Virus record (IMG/VR): IMGVR_UViG_2690316318_000018
Coordinates: 1 to 30,023 of that record
DNA: 30,023 bases
Strand: one strand, 5' to 3'
Source of the DNA: a virus
Taxonomy: Duplodnaviria; Heunggongvirae; Uroviricota; Caudoviricetes
The notes beneath the pieces were generated by a model. It saw only the letters and a program-made list of their open reading frames with translations. It was not told where the DNA came from and made no database searches. This document shows positions 1-8,612 of this stretch, piece after piece (the first letter of the stretch is position 1; each line of letters opens with the position of its first letter). The position numbers and the translations under genes are program-made.

Positions 1-603
1 ATGGATAACGCCATATTAAATAGCGAGATTATCGCCACCAAAGCAGGGAATATTACAGTGTATAACTATGATAGTGAAACCCGGGAATATATTTCCACTT
101 CAAATGAATATCTTGCTGTTGGCGTCGGTATCCCTGCATATTCCTGTTTAGATGCCCCTGGCACACATAAGGCGGGTTATGCTATCTGCCGTTCGATAGA
201 TTTAAACTCATGGGAATATGTGCCGGACCATCGCGGTGAAATTGTCTATAACACCGAAACGGGAGATGCCAAAGAAATCACAGCACCGGGCGACTATCCC
301 GAAAATACAACCACTATCGCCCCGTTAACGCCATACGATGAATGGGATGGTAAGAAATGGGTGACGGATACCGAGGCACAGCATAGCGCCGCAGTAGACG
401 CGGCAGAAGCACAGCGCCAGTCACTGATTGATGCAGCAATGGCTTCCATCAGTCTGATTCAACTGAAATTGCAGGCCGGACGTAAACTGACGCAGGCAGA
501 AACAACCAGACTTAACGCTGTGCTGGATTACATTGACGCGGTGACGGCAACAGATACCAGCACCGCGCCGGATGTCATCTGGCCTGAACTGCCGGAGGCG
601 TAG
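1..603 (+). CDS. Tail fibre assembly protein (Tfa/gpG family), copy G1', convergent with the gene at 575..1027
   Basis: 200-aa ORF. About 95% identical over its first ~153 residues to the minus-strand ORF at 2391..2924, then carries a full C-terminal segment (…DVIWPELPEA) of the kind shared by Tfa chaperones. Starts exactly at the window edge. Confidence 0.8.
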   Translation: MDNAILNSEIIATKAGNITVYNYDSETREYISTSNEYLAVGVGIPAYSCLDAPGTHKAGYAICRSIDLNSWEYVPDHRGEIVYNTETGDAKEITAPGDYPENTTTIAPLTPYDEWDGKKWVTDTEAQHSAAVDAAEAQRQSLIDAAMASISLIQLKLQAGRKLTQAETTRLNAVLDYIDAVTATDTSTAPDVIWPELPEA

Positions 604-1027
604 GCCATTCAATATCTGGTGCACCGGAAGTATCGATCAGCTCCAGTGCGTCCAGATAATCCAGCCACAAATTATATTGCGCCAGTTCATCACCTTTCAG
701 ACGACCAATAGCGGCTTTGCCGGGCCATTGCTTACTGTTCATGTATTCGTTGGCCTGGTTAATTAGTAGCTGTCTTTCTGATTCAGTAATTTCAATAAGT
801 TCTTCATGCGTGGGTGGAGGAATATCTGCCCACGCAGGCAGCCCATCACCTCCGGCAATACGGATTTTTCCTTGTGGCGGTTCAGCCATAAATTCACTGA
901 TAATATTTTGATTCACCTCTTTAGCATCTGATAAATCCCATCCCTCTGATTTATATTTATCAATCATATCCACAGGGAAAAAAGCATTATGCCTTGCGCT
1001 ATAAACATATTCGTTCATATAAATCAC
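575..1027 (-). CDS. Tail fibre assembly protein (Tfa family), alternative copy G2
   Basis: 150-aa ORF directly downstream of the alternative tail-fibre C-terminal domain. C-terminal segment (…LWLDYLDALELIDTSGAPDIEWPTPP) parallels that of the 1..603 product. Overlaps 1..603 tail-to-tail by 29 nt. Confidence 0.75.
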   Translation of the reverse strand: MIYMNEYVYSARHNAFFPVDMIDKYKSEGWDLSDAKEVNQNIISEFMAEPPQGKIRIAGGDGLPAWADIPPPTHEELIEITESERQLLINQANEYMNSKQWPGKAAIGRLKGDELAQYNLWLDYLDALELIDTSGAPDIEWPTPPAVQAR

Positions 1028-1038
1028 CCTTAATAAAA

Positions 1039-2427
1039 TTACTCACCAACAGCCCACCAACTGTAATTCATCGATACTGTGGAACTGGTTGATGCAGTTC
1101 TGTAAGCGGAATTAAAACCGGTTAATGTTGGACCTTCTGCGGTCATCACGAATCCCCGTCCAGCACCTAAAGGTGCACCACCATCACCAGAATGGGTAAG
1201 CATGGCGCAGTCCACTTTTTTAGGAAAAGGGATGCTGAATGTAATTCTCATTGTTTGCGTCGATAATGTCGGCGTAATCGCACCACGACCATATTGCAGG
1301 ATTTTCCCGTTGGGTAATTTCATCCATCCATCACCACTGGCAAAAGAAGCCATATCCGGTATCTGATTTTCCCCTGTTCCCACATCCCGTTTTGCCGCTT
1401 CTCCCAAACCAAGGTAATCAAGAACTCCCTGAGTGCTGGTTTTACCAAGAATGGCACGTCCAACACTTGTCAACGCGGTTAACGCGGCACGATCTGCCCC
1501 TGTAAAATATGGGAGTTTATCTGCTGATGTAGCAAGCTCCGCCAGCGCCGTCAGGGTGGCATCCTTCGGTTGCTTACCCGCAAGCGCGTTAGTCATGGTG
1601 GTCGCAAAATTCGGGTCATTGCCCAGCGCCGCAGCCAGTTCGTTCAGCGTGTTCAGTGCATCAGGTGACGAATCTACAAGTGCGGCAATCGCGGCCATAA
1701 CGAAAGCCGTGCTTGCGATCTGGGTACTATTAGTCCCCTGTGGCGCTGTTGGTGTTGTTGGCGTTCCGGTCAGTGCCGGGCTGTTTAATGGTGCTTTCTT
1801 GTTCGTTTCATCCATTACCGCCTTAACAGCTTTTGGTGTCGCTGCCAGCGTTTCAGACGTGCTGTTCGTGGCGCTACTGAGCTGAACAATCCCTTTTTGT
1901 GTAGTGGTGGCGTTCTGGGCGGTATATTTCCCGTTAGCCAGGTCATATGCAGCCTTAACCGCTTTCGGTGTTGCGGCCAGTGTTTCTGATTCACTGTTAA
2001 TTGCACTGCTTAACTGAGTAAAACCTTTTACGGTCAGCGAGGCGTCCGGGTGACGTCGTGATTGTTCGTGCTCTGATATTTTATCATCCACATATTTGCG
2101 GGTTGCCAGAACCACAGACGGGTCGATTTTCAGCGTGATGGCTTCGGTGTTCGTGACAACCAGAATCATGCGGATAGTCTGTGTGCGTCCACTGCCTTCC
2201 TGCAACTGCGGTTTGTACGTTTCCGGGCAGTTTGCCACCGCAATGAGTACACCTTCATCATCATAAAGACCAATCTCACGGATCCAGAATCCTCCCTCGT
2301 TTTCAGGGATGATTTGCTCCGCAATAATCTGGCTCTGATTGTTAGGGTCAACACTCAGAAGATTCAGCGGTGCAATGCGTTTCTGGTTAATCAGTTTTGT
2401 TTGTGCAGGGTCTGGTGTTGGTAACAC
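1039..2427 (-). CDS. Tail fibre protein, N-terminally truncated duplicate of H with an alternative C-terminal (receptor-binding) domain
   Basis: 462-aa ORF. Its first ~343 residues are identical to residues ~38-380 of the 541-aa H product. After the shared …VLDYLGLGE it continues with a different ~120-residue C-terminus. The track start is GTG at 2427, which is a Val codon in full-length H; independent translation is uncertain. Confidence 0.6.
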   Translation of the reverse strand: MLPTPDPAQTKLINQKRIAPLNLLSVDPNNQSQIIAEQIIPENEGGFWIREIGLYDDEGVLIAVANCPETYKPQLQEGSGRTQTIRMILVVTNTEAITLKIDPSVVLATRKYVDDKISEHEQSRRHPDASLTVKGFTQLSSAINSESETLAATPKAVKAAYDLANGKYTAQNATTTQKGIVQLSSATNSTSETLAATPKAVKAVMDETNKKAPLNSPALTGTPTTPTAPQGTNSTQIASTAFVMAAIAALVDSSPDALNTLNELAAALGNDPNFATTMTNALAGKQPKDATLTALAELATSADKLPYFTGADRAALTALTSVGRAILGKTSTQGVLDYLGLGEAAKRDVGTGENQIPDMASFASGDGWMKLPNGKILQYGRGAITPTLSTQTMRITFSIPFPKKVDCAMLTHSGDGGAPLGAGRGFVMTAEGPTLTGFNSAYRTASTSSTVSMNYSWWAVGE

Positions 2428-2433
2428 ACCATT
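1398..2433. repeat. Direct repeat copy A (1036 bp) of the tail-fibre H constant region
   Basis: Identical by eye to 3403..4438 at an offset of 2005 bp. The embedded antisense ORFs 1433..1885, 1815..2006 and 2166..2354 have translations identical to 3438..3890, 3820..4011 and 4171..4359. Boundaries read directly from mismatches at 1397/3402 and 2434/4439. Confidence 0.85.
1399..1424. other. Putative Hin/Gin/Cin-family serine-invertase crossover site (26 bp, imperfect dyad around a central AA)
   Basis: Plus-strand sequence TTCTCCCAAACC-AA-GGTAATCAAGAA. The half-sites are an imperfect inverted repeat and closely resemble hix/gix/cix sites as I recall them (e.g. hixL TTCTTGAAAACCAAGGTTTTTGATAA). 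It lies exactly at the constant/variable junction of the tail-fibre reading frame, where it encodes VLDYLGLGE. Confidence 0.6.
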
Positions 2434-2924
2434 ATCAACTTCCGTCCGGCCTGCAATTTCAGTTGAATCAGACTAATGGAAGCCATTGCAGTATCAATCA
2501 GTGACTGACGTTGTGCTTCTGCCGCGTCTACTGCGGCGCTATGCTGTGCCTCGGTATCCGTCACCCATTTCTCACCATCCCATTTATCGTATGGCGTTAA
2601 CGGGGCGATAGTGGTTGTTTTTTCGGGGTAATCACCCGGAGTTGTGATTTCTTTGGCGTCTCCCGTTTCGGTGTTATAGACGATTTCACCGCGATGGTCT
2701 GGCACATATTCCCATGAGTTTAAATCCATCGAACGGCAGATAGCATAACCCGCCTTATGTGTGCCAGGGGCATCTAAACAGGAATATGCAGGGATACCGA
2801 CGCCAACAGCAAGATATTCATTTGAAGTGGAAATATATTCTCGAGTTTCACCATCATAGTTATAGACGGTAATATTCCCTGCTTTGGTGGCGATAATCTC
2901 GCTATTTAATATGGCGTTATCCAT
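2391..2924 (-). CDS. G: Tail fibre assembly protein (Tfa/gpG family), copy G1, C-terminus replaced at a duplication junction
   Basis: 177-aa ORF immediately downstream of H. About 95% identical to the 1..603 product through …QLKLQAGRK, then reads 19 unrelated residues (LIMVCYQHQTLHKQN…) into the duplicated H segment; the nucleotide junction is at ~2434-2442. Confidence 0.7.
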   Translation of the reverse strand: MDNAILNSEIIATKAGNITVYNYDGETREYISTSNEYLAVGVGIPAYSCLDAPGTHKAGYAICRSMDLNSWEYVPDHRGEIVYNTETGDAKEITTPGDYPEKTTTIAPLTPYDKWDGEKWVTDTEAQHSAAVDAAEAQRQSLIDTAMASISLIQLKLQAGRKLIMVCYQHQTLHKQN

Positions 2925-4549
2925 TATGCAGCCCTCACAATATAGTTAAATGCAATATTCCTTGGTCGAACCCTAAAACCAGCCCCTGCGCCTGCTCCAG
3001 TTGGTGGCAATTCGATAGAGGGGTATGCTGTTGCAGGGGAATATAAACCTTCACGGGAATCATAATCAGTCGTCATATAGTTAGACGTATTATCAGAAAC
3101 AGTTTCTGTCGGTCTGGTAACCAGACGATAAGAGCCAGTGGTTGGTGACCTGACCAGACCAAAACTTTCAACCAGAGTAGCTTTTTGAAAGCTTAATAAT
3201 CCCCGACCACTGTCAGCTCCGCGCCCATCATCCCAGCCACGAATAAACTCACCGCGTAAATCAGGCAGTTTATTTGTCGGATAAGCCTTTGCCAGTTTAG
3301 GATATTCAACGGCAGAAAATGCCGCACCGTTGCATTTCAGCCAGCCTGTTGGCGGAGTGGCGGAAGGCCACGGAACAGGCACACCCGCGGGTAATGCCGA
3401 ACCTTCTCCCAAACCAAGGTAATCAAGAACTCCCTGAGTGCTGGTTTTACCAAGAATGGCACGTCCAACACTTGTCAACGCGGTTAACGCGGCACGATCT
3501 GCCCCTGTAAAATATGGGAGTTTATCTGCTGATGTAGCAAGCTCCGCCAGCGCCGTCAGGGTGGCATCCTTCGGTTGCTTACCCGCAAGCGCGTTAGTCA
3601 TGGTGGTCGCAAAATTCGGGTCATTGCCCAGCGCCGCAGCCAGTTCGTTCAGCGTGTTCAGTGCATCAGGTGACGAATCTACAAGTGCGGCAATCGCGGC
3701 CATAACGAAAGCCGTGCTTGCGATCTGGGTACTATTAGTCCCCTGTGGCGCTGTTGGTGTTGTTGGCGTTCCGGTCAGTGCCGGGCTGTTTAATGGTGCT
3801 TTCTTGTTCGTTTCATCCATTACCGCCTTAACAGCTTTTGGTGTCGCTGCCAGCGTTTCAGACGTGCTGTTCGTGGCGCTACTGAGCTGAACAATCCCTT
3901 TTTGTGTAGTGGTGGCGTTCTGGGCGGTATATTTCCCGTTAGCCAGGTCATATGCAGCCTTAACCGCTTTCGGTGTTGCGGCCAGTGTTTCTGATTCACT
4001 GTTAATTGCACTGCTTAACTGAGTAAAACCTTTTACGGTCAGCGAGGCGTCCGGGTGACGTCGTGATTGTTCGTGCTCTGATATTTTATCATCCACATAT
4101 TTGCGGGTTGCCAGAACCACAGACGGGTCGATTTTCAGCGTGATGGCTTCGGTGTTCGTGACAACCAGAATCATGCGGATAGTCTGTGTGCGTCCACTGC
4201 CTTCCTGCAACTGCGGTTTGTACGTTTCCGGGCAGTTTGCCACCGCAATGAGTACACCTTCATCATCATAAAGACCAATCTCACGGATCCAGAATCCTCC
4301 CTCGTTTTCAGGGATGATTTGCTCCGCAATAATCTGGCTCTGATTGTTAGGGTCAACACTCAGAAGATTCAGCGGTGCAATGCGTTTCTGGTTAATCAGT
4401 TTTGTTTGTGCAGGGTCTGGTGTTGGTAACACACCATTTGCATCACCAACGGCCATTTGCGTCAGATTCAGCTTACTGCCGAGCATCGTCGCGTTAGCCA
4501 GTCGTGCTGCGCCCTGATTAGTCAGAATGGCGTAGTATTTCACTGTCAT
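2924..4549 (-). CDS. H: Tail fibre protein H (full length, C-terminal variant 1)
   Basis: 541-aa ORF at the P2 gene H position, downstream of I. Thr/Ala/Ser-rich central region with repeated …TQLSSA.NSESETLAATPKAVKA… motifs typical of myovirus tail fibres. Confidence 0.85.
   Translation of the reverse strand: MTVKYYAILTNQGAARLANATMLGSKLNLTQMAVGDANGVLPTPDPAQTKLINQKRIAPLNLLSVDPNNQSQIIAEQIIPENEGGFWIREIGLYDDEGVLIAVANCPETYKPQLQEGSGRTQTIRMILVVTNTEAITLKIDPSVVLATRKYVDDKISEHEQSRRHPDASLTVKGFTQLSSAINSESETLAATPKAVKAAYDLANGKYTAQNATTTQKGIVQLSSATNSTSETLAATPKAVKAVMDETNKKAPLNSPALTGTPTTPTAPQGTNSTQIASTAFVMAAIAALVDSSPDALNTLNELAAALGNDPNFATTMTNALAGKQPKDATLTALAELATSADKLPYFTGADRAALTALTSVGRAILGKTSTQGVLDYLGLGEGSALPAGVPVPWPSATPPTGWLKCNGAAFSAVEYPKLAKAYPTNKLPDLRGEFIRGWDDGRGADSGRGLLSFQKATLVESFGLVRSPTTGSYRLVTRPTETVSDNTSNYMTTDYDSREGLYSPATAYPSIELPPTGAGAGAGFRVRPRNIAFNYIVRAA
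3403..4438. repeat. Direct repeat copy B (1036 bp) of the tail-fibre H constant region
   Basis: See copy A; same orientation, offset 2005 bp. Confidence 0.85.
3404..3429. other. Putative Hin/Gin/Cin-family crossover site, second identical copy in direct orientation
   Basis: Same 26-bp sequence as 1399..1424, at the constant/variable junction of full-length H. Confidence 0.6.
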
Positions 4550-5187
4550 GCGTTTACTCTCAGGTTATCAATTAAATGAATGGCCGGGGCCGGGAAATAA
4601 TCCCCTTCGACAACAATGGACTCCGGGGTGTAGGGATAAACCGTCAGGGCGTCGCCGTAATAGCATCCCGTACCAACGAAAATCTTTCCGTTCACACTCA
4701 GACTGATCGCCAGCCCTGTCAGATGGCGACTTACTGGTTTTGCATCCGCAATAAGGCGCTCAAGTTCCTGATACATTTCATCGGTGATGCCCTGATCAAG
4801 TACTCCGACAACAATGCGAAATGTTCCAGGCTCCTCATTGAGTTGCCACCACTCCTTTACTTCAATCAGGTAGCCGAGAGGCTCCACGGCTCTTCGCAGT
4901 GCGCTGATGGTCCCTTTGTGTCGGTGTATCAGCCATGCATCACGAATCACCTGTCGCTTTGTCTCTTCCGGCCAGTTGCGATCCCAGCGGTCAACGGAAA
5001 ATGCCCAGGCGAGATAAGGCAGCAGATGCACCGGGCAGGTGTCCGGCGACCACAGCGTGTTGAGGTTTACCGGAATGTCTGTAATGCGCGTTCCGACAGC
5101 TTCGGCACAATGCATGAAATTGCTGGCTGATGGCGGTAACAGTGAATTACTCATTACGCCCACCTTCGCTGATGGTGAATGACTCAC
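4546..5187 (-). CDS. I: Baseplate assembly protein I
   Basis: 213-aa ORF between J and H, overlapping both by 4 nt (coupled); position and size fit P2 gpI. Confidence 0.8.
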   Translation of the reverse strand: MSHSPSAKVGVMSNSLLPPSASNFMHCAEAVGTRITDIPVNLNTLWSPDTCPVHLLPYLAWAFSVDRWDRNWPEETKRQVIRDAWLIHRHKGTISALRRAVEPLGYLIEVKEWWQLNEEPGTFRIVVGVLDQGITDEMYQELERLIADAKPVSRHLTGLAISLSVNGKIFVGTGCYYGDALTVYPYTPESIVVEGDYFPAPAIHLIDNLRVNA

Positions 5188-6043
5188 AGCGCGCCGCCTG
5201 TATGTCGCTGATGGCCATATTTTGTGTGGGTTCGATTATCTCCACGCGTTGCACACCGTGCACATGCAGTGCGGCAGCAATGGCTGACAACGCCACGTCC
5301 TGACCGATAAGCCCCTGCTCAGACAGCCACTTCCTGAACGACGATTCCGCCGCGGCCAGAATAGGTTCGGATTCCGGGCCGGGGTAAAAGTACAGTTTTG
5401 CATTCAGCCGCCATGTCACGATTCTGGCACTCTGTACGGTCAGGCGGTCGGCCACCGGGCGGGTATCCTCTGCATTCAGAACGGCGCGAACGGTATTAAG
5501 CAACGCCTCCGTTGCTGTGCCGTCGCCCTCAGTGGACAGGATGGAAACCGTCACGTTGGCCGGAGACGGGCTGATGGCCCGCGCATCGCGTACCAGACCG
5601 CTGGCGCTGCGTGCAAAATACTCGTATGCACCTGACGGGCCAGCAACACTCAGACCGTCATATGCCCGTTGCGCCCGTAGTCTCAGCGAGGTGTCACTTT
5701 CCATCACTGCGTCGGTGGTATCCGTTGCCGGAGTGATAACCAGGCGCTTTGTGTTCATATTGCCCGCGAGGTTGTCCAGGTCTGTCCCGGCGCTGTGGCT
5801 TAGCATGCAGGCGCGTGCACCCTCATTGACCCGCTGGCGTAACAGCATTTCACGAAAAGACATGGTTTGAGCGATAACGTTCAGGGGTTCCGATTCCAGC
5901 TTCAGCGCGGCGGAGACGGCTTCACGCTGTTCGGCAGGATAGGACGCAATTATCATGGCCTTTGTGTCAGCCAGAATTGCCTCAAAATCAGGCTCCGCGA
6001 TGATGGCGGGTTCCGGTAACTGGGAAAGGTCAACAGCAGGCAC
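5147..6043 (-). CDS. J: Baseplate protein J
   Basis: 298-aa ORF at the P2 gpJ position, between W and I; size matches. Confidence 0.85.
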   Translation of the reverse strand: MPAVDLSQLPEPAIIAEPDFEAILADTKAMIIASYPAEQREAVSAALKLESEPLNVIAQTMSFREMLLRQRVNEGARACMLSHSAGTDLDNLAGNMNTKRLVITPATDTTDAVMESDTSLRLRAQRAYDGLSVAGPSGAYEYFARSASGLVRDARAISPSPANVTVSILSTEGDGTATEALLNTVRAVLNAEDTRPVADRLTVQSARIVTWRLNAKLYFYPGPESEPILAAAESSFRKWLSEQGLIGQDVALSAIAAALHVHGVQRVEIIEPTQNMAISDIQAARCESFTISEGGRNE

Positions 6044-6046
6044 GAT

Positions 6047-6397
6047 TTACTCTCTCAGCGTGATGGTTAATTCAACATTCTGCATGGTCTGCATGACAGT
6101 GCCCGACAGCGTCACCCCTGCGCGGCCTCCTGCCTTCCAGACAACGTCGATGGCGTCCAGGGCAATGCGGGGTTCCCATCGTGTCAGCGCAATCACGGCA
6201 GCACTCATGCATTGCAGACGAGTTGTGTTATTCATGGGTTCGTCAATCAAATCAGGCACAAGGCTGCCATATTCCCGTCGCATAACCCGGCTTGCCAGCG
6301 GGGTGGTCAGGATGTCCCTGACTGACTGTTTCAGGTGCTCCGTATCGTTCAGGTTTCCCGTTCCGTCCGGGTTCATTCCTGTGTAGCGGGTTGTCAC
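6047..6397 (-). CDS. W: Baseplate wedge protein W (gp25-like)
   Basis: 116-aa ORF between V and J; size and position match P2 gpW. Confidence 0.8.
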   Translation of the reverse strand: MTTRYTGMNPDGTGNLNDTEHLKQSVRDILTTPLASRVMRREYGSLVPDLIDEPMNNTTRLQCMSAAVIALTRWEPRIALDAIDVVWKAGGRAGVTLSGTVMQTMQNVELTITLRE

Positions 6398-6975
6398 TGC
6401 GGGCCTCCTGTCGAATCGCTGCCACCTTTAACGCCACCGTGTTTATGCGTATGCACTGTGATGCCGTTTGAGGTGAAATTGCCGCCGCTGTGCGTGATAT
6501 TGCCGCTCATCTTTCCCCCTTTTGTGACGTCAAGCGTCGCCGTTCTCAGAAGGTCTGTGCATTCCACGACGGGTGTATCCAGTGTCACGCTGACGGATGC
6601 CTGCAGGGTGGCTGTTTTCATGCCGCTGGCGCTCAGTGCGCCAGCGTCTGCGTCGTAGCGGAACACCGCGCCATCCGGCGCGCTGACCACGATTTCTTTC
6701 AGGCTTTTGCCGGGGGCCGGATTGGCATCACTCCACAGGCTGCCAATTATCATGGCGGTTTCCGGGTTGCCGCCAATGCAGGCAATTACCACCTGTTCGC
6801 CTGGTGATGGCGGCAGCCACACATTGAAGGCTCCCGCGCGCGTGGTGTTCCAGCGCAACCAGCCTGTTTCCAGTTCGCCGCTGCGAACGCGCACGCGCCA
6901 GGACTTCTCATCAACTTCAGAGATGATCCCGGTGCGGATGATATTGCTCAGCAGTCGCATGAGTTCTGCGCTCAC
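6394..6975 (-). CDS. V: Baseplate spike/assembly protein V
   Basis: 193-aa ORF, glycine-rich C-terminus (…HKHGGVKGGSDSTGGPQ), between S and W as in P2. Confidence 0.8.
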   Translation of the reverse strand: MSAELMRLLSNIIRTGIISEVDEKSWRVRVRSGELETGWLRWNTTRAGAFNVWLPPSPGEQVVIACIGGNPETAMIIGSLWSDANPAPGKSLKEIVVSAPDGAVFRYDADAGALSASGMKTATLQASVSVTLDTPVVECTDLLRTATLDVTKGGKMSGNITHSGGNFTSNGITVHTHKHGGVKGGSDSTGGPQ

Positions 6976-7607
6976 CGTACAGCCTCCGCAATCCGGCCCA
7001 GCACCGTGTTATAAATCAGGCGCTCATCTGCCTGGCTGATACCCAGCAGCTCACGTACCGGGTAATCGGTGAAAATGCCCGGCGCAACCTGATCGCGCTC
7101 ACCGAACTGATGAACGCGGGCAATACGTGCGGCCACGCCGCTGTAACCCACAGTCACACCGGAAGCATCTGCACGGGCTTTCAGGTAGCGGGCGGTGCGC
7201 AGTTTTACAAACATGGGGACGCGCTTTGTGCTGTCCTGGTTGATGCGCCGGGTGCGTATTTCCAGAAAACGGTCGATGTCATCCCGGTAAAACGTGCGGA
7301 TATTGTTTTTATCCTCATCCCACCCGGTAATGGTTCGCCCGTATTTCCCCGTGTCGTGATGCCAGTTTTTCAGCGTGCGTGCTTCGTTATTCCAGATAAA
7401 GCGAATACGCTCCTGTATCCGGGTTACGCGGCGTCTGCGTGGTGCCCATGCGGTCCCGTCCGGCGCTTTCTGTGACCGGATACGTGCCTGCTGGGCGCGA
7501 CGTAAATCCTGTGCCAGCTTTCTGGCGATGTTATTGATGGCCTGCTGATTCAGGCTGTCGCGGATGGCCTCAAAAGTTTCATCCACGCGAATGAATGCCT
7601 TATCCAT
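6972..7607 (-). CDS. S: Virion morphogenesis / tail completion protein S-like
   Basis: 211-aa basic ORF between R and V, the P2 gpS position. It is longer than P2 S as I recall it, so the start may be internal. Confidence 0.65.
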   Translation of the reverse strand: MDKAFIRVDETFEAIRDSLNQQAINNIARKLAQDLRRAQQARIRSQKAPDGTAWAPRRRRVTRIQERIRFIWNNEARTLKNWHHDTGKYGRTITGWDEDKNNIRTFYRDDIDRFLEIRTRRINQDSTKRVPMFVKLRTARYLKARADASGVTVGYSGVAARIARVHQFGERDQVAPGIFTDYPVRELLGISQADERLIYNTVLGRIAEAVR

Positions 7608-8067
7608 CGCTTTCCCCCCACGTCACATCCTGGAATACATGCGACCAGTCGCCTTCGGAGGATGGCAGGCGGGGTTTTGGCTCCGGAAGGTGTTCTGCCT
7701 GCGGTGTGCCCTGACTGCTGCGCGTGATGCGAACACGTTCCCGCAGGGGAAGCGTAAACAGGAGATCGGCGCTGTCATCGTCATTGATAACGGCGGAGAA
7801 TTTGATGTCCTGATTACGCTCCGGATTGAGCAACAACTGTGGCTGATTTTCGGATAACCACGCCAGTAACGGCAGCGTGAGGTCGTCCAGCTCTCCGGCG
7901 TAATCCATGACAAACATCACCATCTGATAGCGGTAAACAAACGAGGGCGTTTCTCCGGTCGTTTCAATGTTGCCGCTCTCCACGAAAATGGTGAATTTTT
8001 CCGGGTTAGCCTGACACCATCGGCATGAACGGGTCATGGCTTCACGCAGGGAATCAGTTTTCAGCAT
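7600..8067 (-). CDS. R: Tail completion protein R
   Basis: 155-aa ORF after the lysis genes and before S; size and position match P2 gpR. Confidence 0.75.
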   Translation of the reverse strand: MLKTDSLREAMTRSCRWCQANPEKFTIFVESGNIETTGETPSFVYRYQMVMFVMDYAGELDDLTLPLLAWLSENQPQLLLNPERNQDIKFSAVINDDDSADLLFTLPLRERVRITRSSQGTPQAEHLPEPKPRLPSSEGDWSHVFQDVTWGESDG

Positions 8068-8374
8068 GGTTGTTATCCTCGTTGTTCAGTCGTTGCAGCC
8101 TGCGCTGTTCCAGTAATTCAATGGCCCGTTTATCCGCGTTACAGGTTTCAAGTGCATCCAGAAGGCGATCGCCCCATATACCGAGATTTCCCCATGTGGG
8201 AGTATCAGGGAAGGGGGGAGGCATTACCGGTATGGTCAGCGTCTGCGGTATAAGCCGGACTGACGGCGCTGGCCGTGGCGCGTTCTGCGTGCCTGCGCAA
8301 CCTGTCAGTAAAACGAGCGTCAGGCAAAGCGTGGGCGCATTCATCTTTTGCAATATCGTTGCGTAGCTGTTCAC
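8054..8374 (-). CDS. lysC: Outer-membrane lipoprotein spanin (LysC/Rz1-like), overlapping the 3' end of the i-spanin gene in another frame
   Basis: 106-aa ORF with signal peptide plus lipobox (…LTLVLLTGCAG…), proline-rich, embedded in and extending beyond the LysB ORF as in P2 lysB/lysC. The true start may be the internal Met (MNAPTL…). Confidence 0.7.
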   Translation of the reverse strand: MNSYATILQKMNAPTLCLTLVLLTGCAGTQNAPRPAPSVRLIPQTLTIPVMPPPFPDTPTWGNLGIWGDRLLDALETCNADKRAIELLEQRRLQRLNNEDNNHAEN

Positions 8375-8612
8375 GTCTGGCCTCTCCGTCCTGATTGCGT
8401 TGCTGATTTTCCACGCGGAGTTGCGCCAGCACCTGCTGCATATCCTGTACCCCGGCGCTGATGATATTCAGTGTGTCGACGGTACTTTTCAGGGTGCTGG
8501 CCTGTACTTCGTTTCTGGCGTTCTCCCGGCCAAGCGACCATGACAGACGCATGGATGTTTCCCATGCGGCAATCAGAAGAAAAGCGATGCCCAGAGAAGT
8601 CCATAACTTCAT
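8205..8612 (-). CDS. lysB: Inner-membrane spanin (LysB/Rz-like)
   Basis: 135-aa ORF with N-terminal TM segment (MKLWTSLGIAFLLIAAW) followed by a charged coiled-coil-like region; sits directly after the endolysin. Confidence 0.7.
   Translation of the reverse strand: MKLWTSLGIAFLLIAAWETSMRLSWSLGRENARNEVQASTLKSTVDTLNIISAGVQDMQQVLAQLRVENQQRNQDGEARREQLRNDIAKDECAHALPDARFTDRLRRHAERATASAVSPAYTADADHTGNASPLP

Noticed and set aside
1433-1885. Plus-strand 150-aa ORF inside the tail-fibre gene (and its twin at 3438..3890; likewise 1815..2006 / 3820..4011 and 2166..2354 / 4171..4359)
   Set aside because: These are antisense or alternate-frame shadows of the H reading frame, low-complexity Ala/Ser/Val-rich, and duplicated only because the underlying DNA is duplicated. 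They served as evidence for the direct repeat, not as genes.
2434-2442. A third recombinase crossover site at the tfa/H duplication junction
   Set aside because: The junction sequence (GAAGTTGAT context) has no resemblance to the 26-bp dyad at 1399 and 3404; it looks like an illegitimate or short-homology join rather than site-specific recombination.
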